Under the pieces are notes generated by a model. It ran no database searches. It was not told the DNA's origin and saw only the letters and a list, made by a program, of their open reading frames with translations. A DNA stretch of 63,991 nucleotides, filler included, from Circinaria calcarea (lineage: Eukaryota): NCBI GenBank assembly GCA_051942165.1. It is 4 parts of 4 records of this genome, joined end to end, with 100 filler letters (N's around TTAATTAATTAA, not from the genome) between each part and the next. Parts side by side here need not be neighbours in the genome. Positions count along the whole stretch, not along the records: positions 1 to 16,392 come from JAVECS010000322.1; positions 16,493 to 32,882 come from JAVECS010000323.1; 2 more parts are not named here. One strand, written 5' to 3'. Positions 11,623 through 22,732 of the stretch are shown here, in pieces (position 1 is the stretch's first letter; each line of letters starts with the position of its first letter). Both the position numbers and the translations under genes were made by a program.

Positions 11623-12449
11623 AAGTTAATAAATATCACGACTTTTTTATTGAGAATTATCTTTGGAACTGTGGAAGTCTATCGTATTCCAATACAATTT
11701 GTATTGTAAGTTGGTAATGTTTCACACCCCATCACCGAAGTCTCCATCATCGAGGTCGCGTCCACCATCGGAGTCGCCAAGCTGCGGCAAGTCCACCATT
11801 GAAGTCGTAACCTCGTCCACGCCCCAATCCGACCGAGCTAACAGCTTCACCCCCCACCCTCCCCAAGACTTTTTTGTTTCGACTGCCCAGGAAGATATGC
11901 AAGCACGGACCACAAACGGCACCTTTTACTTTGTAATTCCTCTTACGGAGTATCTGTACCGCATTACGGGGTGGTTCGTGTTCCCTTATCTCCACGCTAC
12001 AAGGTGGCGCTGTGCTCTTTGCCTTTAGGCGGGACCCTCTTCCCCGGATATGGTCGCAGCGGAGATATGCTCATTCGACCATTGGCGGCTCGTCCTGCGC
12101 AGCAGGCTGCCCGACATAATGACGTAAAATCCCGTCTGCACGGATCGGCCGGGTCAGGTCAGCGTGGCATTTGGGAGAAAGCGCTGGAGACGTTCGAAAG
12201 GGAAATGGAAGGGGTCAAAGAAAGGGCCGCGAGCCAGATGGTCGGATCCAGTGTCAACCACATGGCCAAAAAGCATGCGGCCTCCTTTGCCGATTAAGCT
12301 ATCTACCAATCTACAGTCCCTTAGGCTATCTACCTTAGCACCTTAGGTCTCTCGCCTGCGACGACCATGCATCCAGATCTCGGTCGGGGATCATGGCACT
12401 TGTTGCCGCGCGCCCGGGATGACAGTGGATGATTTGATTTGCGTACTGT

Positions 12450-12626
12450 AGATAGGAGAGCTGTCTTTGGACGGTTTCTTGGAGGGTCCTTGGCCAGCCT
12501 ATGGTAGTGGCTGGGCATAGGCCATGATAAGGGCGAAACTAGACCTATCATCTCGGGTGGGTGGCATGGGGCAGATATGATATGTAAAGAGGTGGTAGCG
12601 TTTCATGAGCCAAATGTCATTTATCT
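12450..12626. promoter_or_regulatory. Cluster of HGATAR sites (putative AreA/NIT2 nitrogen-regulation sites) upstream of the ammonium transporter
   Basis: AGATAG at 12450, TGATAA at 12525, CTATCA at 12545 and TTATCT at 12621, about 220-400 bp upstream of the ATG. Confidence 0.5.
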
Positions 12627-12848
12627 ATTCCACCTCCCCTCCCTCGCTGATTGCCTCTTACCCTTCTGCTTGCTCCGCAACGATCGCCAGCACCGGTCGG
12701 CTTCTTCCTACCTTCTCTTCAAGTCATCGTCGACGACATCCCTCCGTATTTCTCATCGCATATCTTATATACCTCGCATTGCTGACAGTCGACCGTTCCT
12801 TCAACAGCTGGCAGGGAAGCCGTGAAATTGGGGAATAATTCGGCCACA

Positions 12849-14616
12849 ATGTCGTATAGTTCCGTCGGCGCCCCCGCCGTCTTCAATGGCACCTCGCCAG
12901 ACGGCGGTGACTCAGGTCAGTACAGCCACGAGATTACAGCTACTTCGGAATTCTTTCGGCAAAGTCTTTTCCACTACCACTTGGAACCAAATTGCTAACG
13001 TGAAATTGCAGAGACTACCAATCTGAACCAATGGTACCAAGCTGGAGATCAAGCGTATATCTTGGTAGCGTCGGCTATGGTCCTGGTCATGGTCCCCGCC
13101 CTCGGTTTCCTCTACTCCGGTCTCTCAAGGAGGAAGTCCGCTCTGAGCCTAATGTGGGTTTGCTTCGCATCTTGCTCCGTCATCACCTTCCAGTGGTACT
13201 TCTGGGGCTACTCTCTGGCTTTCTCCAATACTGCCACCAGCGGTTTCATCGGTGACTTGACGCATTTTGGGTTGATGGGCACCCTGGCGGCTCCGAGTCC
13301 GGGCTCGCCCTTGATCCCTGAGCTTCTGTATAGTTTCTACCAGGTATGAGGCGATGCTTCACTGGGCCTGGAGTCGTCGTAGCTGACCGGCTTCTCAGTT
13401 ACAATTCTGTGCGGTAACCGCAGCCATCACTGCCGGCGCGGTTGCTGAACGTGGTCGACTCGTTCCCATGATGGTTTTCATTTTCTGCTGGGCGACACTG
13501 GTATATTGTCCGATCGCCAACTGGGCTTGGGCTCCTTCAGGATGGGCGTTCAAATACGGTGTCTTGGATTACGCCGGTGGAGGCCCTGTTGAAATCGCAT
13601 CGGGGGCGTCAGCGTTAGCCTACTCGTGGGCTCTCGGAAAGCGTCAGGAGAGAATGATGATCAACTTCCGTCCCCACAATGTCTCGCTGATTGTTCTCGG
13701 AACAACTCTCCTCTGGTTCGGTTGGTTGGGCTTCAATGGGGGATCGGCTTTCGGTGCGAACCTTCGGGCGGTAATGGCTAGCTGGAATTCGAACATAACA
13801 GCCATGTTCGCGGCGGCTACTTGGACGCTCCTTGATTGGCGACTGGCGAGAAAGTGGTCCATGGTCGGCTGGTGCTCTGGTTGTATCTCAGGTCTGGTCG
13901 CTGCTACCCCAGCATCTGGTTTCATCACGCCTTGGGCTTCAGTCATTCTCGGCGTTGTCACCGGGGCCACGTGCAATTATGCCACCAAGAGTAAGGATAT
14001 TGAAAGTCAATCCGATATGATCGTTTTACTAAAACCACTGGCAGTAAAGTACCTTCTTCGAATCGATGACTCCCTCGATATCTTCGCGGAGCATGGTGTG
14101 GGTGGAATGATTGGGCTCATCTTCAACGCTCTCTTCGGTGCAGGATACATTATTGGTCTCGACGGTGTCAATACCGGTTTAATCCCTGGCGGCTGGGTTA
14201 GCCGCAACTACCGACAGCTCTACGTTCAAGTAGCCTATGTTGTCGCTTGCACTTTCTATTCCTTTGTCGTATCCGCTATCCTTGCTTTCGGCATCAATTA
14301 CATTCCGGGTCTACATCTCCGCGCCTCGGAGGAAGCTGAGCTTCTCGGCATGGACGACGATCAGTTAGGCGAGTTTGCGTACGACTATGTAGAGGTGAGA
14401 AGAGATTATCTGGCTTGGACGCCAGCCAAGTCCGATCCGCAAGACAATGGACAAGATATTGCGAGGAGAGATATGCACGGCATCCAAGAACACGGCGACA
14501 TGCTCGAGGGCAAGACGCCGACTGGAAGTCAAGACGGAGCTGAGCACACTGGTATCGGAGGGGACAGGCACGGCATTATGGCGGAGAAGAAGCTGAGGTC
14601 CGAGGAGAATGCGTGA
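12849..14616 (+). CDS. meaA: Ammonium transporter (Amt/Mep family, MeaA/Mep1-type)
   Basis: Exons 12849-12915, 13012-13343, 13399-13990, 14045-14616 with canonical splice sites. Motifs LDYAGGGPVE, LWFGWLGFNGGS, GLVAATPASG, IDDSLDIFAEHGVGG and EAELLGMDDDQLGEFAYDY. Confidence 0.93.
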
Positions 14617-15637
14617 TGATCGGACTGGAGCAGCTGGGAATCATTTTGTGGGGACCATGTTGGGTGAAGATGAATGTCATTTTGCTCCTTCACCAACGGA
14701 GTTTGGGAATTATCGAGTATACAAGGGAAAGTTGATACCAGGAGGATTCTCGGCGTGTGATCCAAGAGTCTGTATATTATGGTTAGGTGGCTGACTGATT
14801 AATTTATACATTTACTTTGTTGCCTGGAGTCTATTGAAAGTTGTTGGGAAAAGTTATTGGTTCTATCAGCTCCCTTGCCCAAAGCTAGCGTTTCTACAAC
14901 CTAGGAAAGCTAACGATGGGTTCCAACAACTCCGATTAGGTAGCCATCTCCGTTGCACCGTCGACATCACCGTGCTCCTTTGCTGTGCATACCCATTTTG
15001 AGCAACAGCATTCCAAGATTTAAGTCTCGCCAGAGTACGAGAGGAACAAATCCACGCACAGATCACGTCTATTTCCTACCACGGAGATAAAGAACACAAG
15101 GACTAAGATCTTTACGAAAGTGCCCAACAAAGGAGAGTTATTCATTTAAAACACCTCGGCCGGGATTCAGATCTTAACGTTTCTCGAACAGGTGTCGAAG
15201 CTTGCCCGACAAAGAATGGAACACACAAGGCTCATGGAAGAGAGACACTCTAGACCGCCGGTCGGGTCTTTCATCCTTCAAACAAGCTTCAATTGCACAA
15301 TGTGTAAGGTGAGATTTCTCATGTCCCTTGTTACGTCTGGTGGTAGACCCGGTTCCCTTTGTGTCTGGTAGATCGAACAATGGTGTTTGTGAGAAGATGT
15401 TGATTGACAATATGGGGGAGACTAATAACCTTAGTCCTCCGTCCTGTTCGCCTTTCCAACCAAGATCACTCCAGCAAGGAACCTCTTTTTGCCCAACCAT
15501 CACCGTCAAGGCCACCTGGCAGTTTATACTCGCGTCAACAACAGATCGAGACTTGGTCGATTCGACCCGTTGATTCTCAATCCATACCGTCTCCTATACT
15601 ACTCGCCGACCTTGAACCACATCACCCAATTTCCCTC

Positions 15638-16392
15638 ATGGCACTCACAGTGCCACCACCCATTACCATCACCCCTGCTTCTCCACTGTCCCCCATCGCC
15701 GCCCTTTTCTTTCCGACCTCACTCCCCGTCCTGCCCCCCAGCCGACCAGCCCCGTTCATCTGGAAATGCCATTCTTGCGGCTCCAAGTTCCCTTTAGGTG
15801 CTACAAACCGCTGCCTCAACTGCAGCCACACTTTTTGTGCTGGCCCGGCCAAGCGCTCGGCCCTGGCCTCAAGAAAACGGAAAACGAAGAAGGATCATGT
15901 GGCATGCGGAAGCACCTTCGACTACACCGGATGGTGCCGATACGGCACATGGAGGCGAGAGGTCAACGGGATCGAGGAAGACCCATACGCGATCACGTTG
16001 CACGAGAACTGTGAAATGGACTGCGACTTCCCGAGTCAGTGCCGTTGGCAACCTAGGATAGGGAAGGCAGAGCAGGCGCGCATCGATGCGCTCCTGATTG
16101 AAACGCGCGGAGGAGAAGCAAAGGAGAGGGACGAAAGATTCACAACGGAAGACCTCGCCATTCATGGGGGCTCGGCCCACAAACGAAGAAAAGATAAAAC
16201 CAGCTTTCCGGTACTAGATTTCGTCCCGGGCCCTCTCGAGTCCAGTCCCTCGTCTTCTGATCCGCGCCCTTGCCAAATTGAAAAGCAGTACTTCATAGGC
16301 TCAATGGAGAGAGACAGCAATAACTTTGTACGTGTGGGTGTCGTCGAAGTCGACCCTAATGTCGATGGGGTAATGATGGATGTCGACCTCAA
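15638..16392 (+). CDS. Hypothetical Cys-rich double zinc-ribbon protein (3' end cut by contig end)
   Basis: WKCHSCGSKFPLGATNRCLNCSHTFC, ACGSTFDYTGW..YGTWRRE and NCEMDCDFPSQCRW. The ORF runs into the N linker. Confidence 0.65.
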
Positions 16393-16492
16393 NNNNNNNN
16401 NNNNNNNNNNNNNNNNNNNNNNNNNNNNNNNNNNNNTTAATTAATTAANNNNNNNNNNNNNNNNNNNNNNNNNNNNNNNNNNNNNNNNNNNN
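16393..16492. other. Artificial contig-joining linker
   Basis: 44 N + TTAATTAATTAA (stops in all six frames) + 44 N. Confidence 0.98.
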
Positions 16493-17532
16493 GCCGAATC
16501 TAGGGCGAGGGCAAAGTTCATGAAAACTCCATGGGTTGGGGGGGGGGGCCGCCCGCCAACAGAGGGAGAATTGTGAAAAGGGAGCTGGGAAACCAATCGT
16601 TTCTGAGTTTTATTATCATTGTCAATTTCCTCAGATCTCAGTCTCGTTAAATAACAAAAATCCCATTCCTCGGTTCCCGTTTCCAGACCTAGTTTCTATC
16701 AAAATTACAAACAATACGATTCACGCCCCCGGTACCGGTACCGGTACCGCTAATCTTTGTGAATTAACAGTCGTTCCAAAACCGCCCCCGCCGGCCCCGC
16801 TAGAAGGAAGAAGGAAGACGAAACAATTTTAAAGTTTCTTTGCAAAGGCACCCATTCCATCTCATCTATAATACAGAATACAGAATAATTTCATCCCGGC
16901 CAGCCAGCCAGCCAGCCGGCTAGATTAGTTAATCGAATCCTACAAAGCTAACGCTTTCCTCTCCTCTCCTCCCCTCCCTTCTCTTCTCTAAAAGAAAAAA
17001 AAAGCCGGCCAAACCCTAAGACCAAACCAATACAAGGAGTTCAACAAGGTGCCCACAGCCACATGTCCTCCATTGATTTTCCTTCCTTCCTTTCCTTACC
17101 CCTTTGCCAAAAAAAAAAAAAAAAAACTTCTCAAACCCGGTCCTCCTCGAAGATATGGGAATCTTGGGCGCTTCACCTGACGCAACACGGGGGTCTGAAG
17201 AAACAGCAAAAGAGCAAAACATGGAAATAGAAGGATTTTTGGAACGTTCTGTCTACAGGTGCTCTATCTAGGAGCTAGGAGCTTTTGAATTTTGGGGTAG
17301 CTCGGTTTCTAAAAGACTATTTGACTCCCAGGTGATGGGGGGGAGAAGGAAACTACTTTCTAGACAAAAACCTGTGCAGCCTGGCTAACCCTCTTCAAGA
17401 TAACGGAGCCCGATAACCGATTCTAAGCCCTTTCCGGGTTTGAGCCCCATTCCCGGAAATATGGGAATCGCTAGGACATCCCTGGCTCGAGTGACACGAA
17501 ATGTCGTTTCGGAATCAATGGCCCTGGTTCTT

Positions 17533-18373
17533 TCAGAGGCCGTCTTCAACTGCTGGAGGAGCCGGCCGAATGGTCGGGAACTGCGTACAGTCCGCCACGA
17601 TGTCTACCGCCACAAACGGGAAAAGCGTCAGTTCTGCCCACGTCCTCAAGAGGGAAACAATGCAAACCCATCCAAAAAGGGACCGAAGGGGGGGCAAAAG
17701 ACTTACTGCCGACGAAAAATGCATAATTTTGCGGATTCCGCACCGAATCATTGGGCCCCAACTGGAACGCTTTCGTCACATCCATCACCGGCGGCCGCAA
17801 CTGGCGCCCCCGGATGTAAAAATGACTCAACTCCCGCACCAGCGCCGTATATTGCGAATACGCCATCAACCCGCCCGACAGCGCCCTGCCACCATCAATC
17901 ACGCTCGAGCACAGCTTCGGCGGCGGCAACGCCCGCATGTTCAGGAACACGGGGCACAGGTACACATATTGCGTGTTCTCGATATACAGCGCCTGTATGT
18001 GCTCGCTCTTGCAGCGGTCCATGTAGCCCTTGAACTGACGGTCATTCGGGTGCGCGCAGACGATGGTCGGGCGGCTGTAGTTGGGCACTTTCTCGGGCAG
18101 GGGTACGTTGTCGCCGTCCCGGATGGCGCCGAGGATGCGCTCGACCTCGTCCGGGTCGACGTCGTAGAAGAAGGCTTCATAGGCGGCGTTGGAGAAGGAG
18201 GCGCTGGCCATGGCGTGATCAAGGAGGCTGGCCATGCGTGTGACGAGGCCGGCCACTTCCGAGTCGCGGAATCCGCAGTTGTGGATTACGTAGTTGCGGT
18301 TCACGATGCTGTCGGGGGGAGCTAAAGAGGGGAAAAGGTAGAGAGCAGTCAGCAGGATGTGTATGGTTAACAT
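17533..18373 (-). CDS. Secreted M35/Lys-metalloendopeptidase-like protein with degenerate zinc motif (RELSH)
   Basis: Signal peptide MLTIHILLTALYLFPSLA. Motifs YVIHNC, YEAFF, PTIVC, YVYLCPVF, LVRELSHFY and SVRNPQNYAFF. Intron 17604-17706 (GTAAGT..CTGAC..TAG) joins a last exon NIVADCTQFP...GL*. Confidence 0.7.
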
Positions 18374-19136
18374 TATGACGGTCTTAGTATGCTTGAAAGG
18401 AGAGATTGGGCGAGGGACGTACCTCGCCGTGCGCTGCCAAGGGTGGTCCAGAGGAGGAGAAGGCAATACGCTATTGGATTCCAATACATCTTGCCAGGGC
18501 GCTGTATAAAAGCGGTTTACTCTTTCGTTCAATCCTCAACTACTACAAGAAAAGAGAAAACTATCCACCTGCACTCCCCAATAAAAAAAAATGTAGGGAT
18601 CTTTGCAGGAATAGAAGTTACAACAAGCAGCAATTCTCTTTACGGAAACCGTGTCTGCTACCTTTGCTTTAAGAGAGAGAAAACAGACATGAAATTATAA
18701 GGGCACTTCACATTCATGGTCGGAAATATGCTTCCCCCTTTTCCTAATGAAACACCGATACACGATTTGAAACTCGTGCGCATGCTTTCTATTCTAGGAC
18801 CTTGCAAAAAGCTGAGGCTGAGGCTGATGGGATAGGTATGAGACGTGTCAAACTCCCACCTGGCCAAGTGACACAGATACTATAGGGAACAGATATTCCA
18901 CTTCAAATGTGTGAGATGTAGAGGTGACTTGAGTAATACGTGAGAAATTCATAGGAGACGAAGCTCTCAACGATAGGACCAAATGCGGGCGCTTCTTGTA
19001 TCACTGTACTGAGAACCAGGAGAAGGAGATCATCAACTTGAATCGGGGTTTTCGCGAATCTCAGTTGGATGACGTGCTGAAATCTAAGCTCAAGGTCAAC
19101 ATACCTTTACTACTTTCTCATCTAAGCTCCCTGATG

Positions 19137-21765
19137 TTAATGTGCAGTCACGACCCCCCTCTCATCCGCCTGCGCCATTATTCTCTTCTTATAAGCCTTC
19201 ACATCCCCCGGAAACTTCTCCACCGTTCCATTGTCGCAAACCCACAAACTGTTACATACAGTCTGCAACATAGTCACATCGTGACTCACCATCAATACTC
19301 CTCCCTGAAACTGATTCAGGGCAAGAGATAGAGCGTCCATAGCTTCGATGTCGAGGTGATTGGAGGGTTCATCAAGGACGAGGATGTGTGGGTTCGTGAG
19401 GGAGAGACACGCGAATGCCACGCGGGATTTTTGACCGCCGGAGAGGAGTTCCATTTTTTGGAGGCCCGTCATGCCGGTGATGCCGAAGCTGCAAGGAAAA
19501 GGCGAGGTTAGTGACAAGGGCAATGTGACCGGGAGGAGAACGGAACAGAAGGGGGGCATGGCTTACGCTCCAAGGTGACGACGGTACTCCTCGTCTTGTT
19601 TTCCGGGGTAGTTCTTGGCCATGAAGCCAACAGCACTAGCGTTCATGTCCAAGGCGTCGACATGATGTTGAGCAAAGAAGCCGACGCGCAATCGAGGATT
19701 CTGCGAGATTAACCCAGCGGTTGGCTGTAGTTGGCCAATCAGCAGCTTCAAGACTGTCGTCTTCCCCGCCCCGTTAGGCCCGACAATACCAATCCGAGAG
19801 TCGAGCTGAACGTCGAGATCTACGTTTCTCAGGAGTGGCTTGTCAGGTGTGTAACCGAAAGATACACCGCTCATTTGAATGATTGGCGGGGACAGCTTTT
19901 CGACCTCAGGGAACTTAAAGTGCACGATATACTCGCTCTCCGGAGCTTCCAAAACGGGCATTTTTTCGAGTTTCTTGATGCGCGATTGTGCCTCGGAGGA
20001 TTTTGCGGCGTTGTAACGGAACTTGTCAATGAAGCTTTGAAGATGAGCTCTTTGGACCATCTGATTCTCATACTCTCGTTTGGCGGTCTTCCTTCGCTCT
20101 TCCTTGGTGTTATAAAAGGAGTCTAAGCTTATCAGCACCAAAAGGATGTAGGGTAGATTGGGATTCTTGTACCAAAGTCAGCGCCCTTGTAGTAATCTAA
20201 ACGTTCCGAATGTTGATGGACAATATCTGTTGCGACTTCATTGAGGAAAGCTCGGTCGTGAGAAACGACAAGTAGGGTACTAGGATACGATTGGAGGTAA
20301 TTTGACAGAAAAGTAATCGATGGCACATCCAACATGTTAGACGGTTCTACCTCATACTATTAGCTACACCTTTTAAATGCAAAGTACGGCGGAAGATCAA
20401 AAGGGTTGCATACCGTCGAGTAGCAGCAAGTCCGGTTCACAGAATAAGGCTCTAGCCAGTGCAAGTCGCATCCTCCACCCACCGGAGAAAGTCTTTGTAG
20501 CGAAGTGTTGTCGTTCTTCAGAGAATCCTAAACCCGCAAGGATACTTGCTGCTCGAGACTCAGCCTTGTCAGACTCCATTTCCGAAAGTTTGGCATGGAT
20601 GTCGCTGAGAGTAGTGTCCAGTCCTTCACGATCTCGGTCAAGCTTCTCTGCCTCAGTGCTTCTATCCGCCATTGAGGATCGTTCGGCCTCAATCTGCGCG
20701 AGCTGCTTCGTGATTTTCTGTCACTGAATGAGCATCCAAATCGCACGAAAAGAGAACGAGTCATACTTCTTGCTCCGCGAGCAAATGTTTCCGCCAAACA
20801 TCTGCATCAAGCACTGCCTGCAACGCTGGAGTATCATCTCCGGTGATCTAATTAGGGTAAGCTCAAAGAGAACGTCAAAGACGAAAGGAAAGCTAGGCGG
20901 TCATTTTACCTCTTGCTCAACATGTAGGATTGAGATGTGGGTAGGGATTTGCAACTCTCTCCGACTCAGGGCGCGTAAAAGGGTACTCTTTCCGATACCG
21001 TTTTGACCCACGAGACCATATCTGCGTCCGTATGCTAATGTCAAAGTGGTATCGGTCAAAATTCGTTTTCCCCCTATGGATACATCCACGCCGTCAACTT
21101 TGATGTCTTTACTCTTCGATGCCTGGTCAGAGCCCAACTGTAACGGGTTGACGGCCATGAAGAACTCTTCGTAGGATTGAGCATCATTCGGCTGATCGAG
21201 TAGTCTGGAAGCTTCGTATTCCACATTCTTCATAACCTTTCGATCTTGTTTCGCTCTGATCTTTTGTTCGGCCTTCTGAAGCTTCTTCTTGTCCACCCTG
21301 GACTCGACTTTTCTGGCATTCGCCGACTCCAAGTCGACTCCACTACCGGCAAGACCAAGAGTGGATGATATATTCCGTTGAGATCCGACTTGGATGGTCT
21401 GGTCAAGCTTTCGGGCACTGCCTGACATCGGCCGCCTCTCGCCATTGACGCCATCTGCTGCGCTGAGCCTCGAGATGAATTTATCCACAAGATTCCGGAC
21501 AGCTGTTGTATTTTCATCGGACAGGTTACCTGATGCACTCACCAACAAGGCCGTGATGGTTTCTGCCGCTTCCGACAGAGGCGACTGTGCACTGGGGTCC
21601 GACTCGGATACATATTGAGTGGCGGCATGATTTAGATATCCCTTTTGGGAAATTTAGCATGCGTCAAGGCCTCCACGGCGACACATGACGGTCGTCACTT
21701 ACGGCAGAGTATTCTGAAACGACCTGATCGATGCCAGGGATCTGAGCCCTAATTTCTGCTTCCAT
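19137..21765 (-). CDS. GCN20: ABC-F translational regulator Gcn20 (ABCF3)
   Basis: Multi-exon gene starting MEAEIRAQIPGID. Two ABC domains with no TM segments: GQNGIGKST / FSGGWRMR / LLLLDEP and GPNGAGKTT / LSGGQKSR / LVLDEPSNHLD. Characteristic YEEFFMAVNPLQLG linker. Confidence 0.93.
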
Positions 21766-22699
21766 ATCGGGATGAGGATCCTCCAAGCTGCAGAGATAGA
21801 TTGATGTGGCGTCGAGATTGCAGTCTCACTGGTGCGACTACGATCCAATCTCCGGCAACGCTCGAGCGAATAATGCGTCAGCAGTTCCAGTAGATCTTGA
21901 CAGTGCTACACGGGTCGTCGGTCTGGATGTTTGTTTTTGTCTCTTGACACAGAGTAGTCATCCTCGTTCAGAGTGGATAGTTAGTTCTCGCTTGCATAAA
22001 ACCCGAGAGTAAACCCGCGCGTCTATTGACCAACCATCGCGTCAACCTTGCGTTTCTAATTTCAAAACGATGATTGCAAATCAATGGCGGGCATAAGTCC
22101 AATGATAAGGCTACCAGTATGGCAATAATCAAACGTAGCAGTACTCCGTACAGGTGGAAACTTGAGAAAATGGGCGTCTCGGTGATGCCATGTGGCGTGC
22201 AAGGAGCACTCTATCCTGCATCTCACATCTCACATCTCACACGTTGTGCTACAGACGGCTGATGCTGAATCTACTCGGTAGCCCTATTTTCGCGACAGCG
22301 CTTCACTGACCCGTTCCTGTTAAGCGGTCGAGAAGCTGTAGCTGGAAGGTGTGCACGGGACATGTACGGGAGGTGAGTTCAGCGGTCTGACAGACGATTC
22401 TGACACCGATCTATCCTTCCGGTGCATACACCGTGCAGGACGCACTTTGTAAATACGGTCCACCGAGTACGGCCCCCAACACTCCACCCCTGACCCGTCC
22501 GGAATCGCGTCTTCAGCACTCAATTCATACTTGGCCTAGTCCTGGTCCGGACATCCGTACCCATCTCCGCCGACCACACTCGGCAAAGATGACCCATGGC
22601 AATGATCCCAGTGCGGATCGACATCGCGCACTGCGTCCCCAAGCCCCCCGACGAAAACCAGCCCGAGATTTAGCTTGGGGGAGATCTGTTCGATCGGGA

Positions 22700-22732
22700 G
22701 CAGCAGCAGCAGTAGCAGCAGTAGCAGCAGCA
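22700..22732 (+). repeat. Imperfect (GCA)n trinucleotide microsatellite
   Basis: gcagcagcagcagtagcagcagtagcagcagca. Confidence 0.8.

Larger units (their letters stand above)
10949..11814. mobile_element. Non-autonomous, internally deleted Mutator-like (MULE) DNA transposon
   Basis: Near-perfect terminal inverted repeats of about 90 bp (GAGGTTACGAC...GTCGTAACCTC), extending imperfectly to about 150 bp. Perfect 10-bp flanking direct repeat GTCCACGCCC at 10939-10948 and 11815-11824. Interior encodes MuDR-like transposase remnants. Confidence 0.92.

Noticed and set aside
16437..16448. Palindromic TTAATTAATTAA recurring about every 16.4 kb as a biological repeat
   Set aside because: It is always centred in 44+44 Ns and is a standard six-frame-stop concatenation linker.
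17440..18325. Long + strand ORFs (197 and 274 aa)
   Set aside because: Antisense shadows of the GC-rich M35-like gene.
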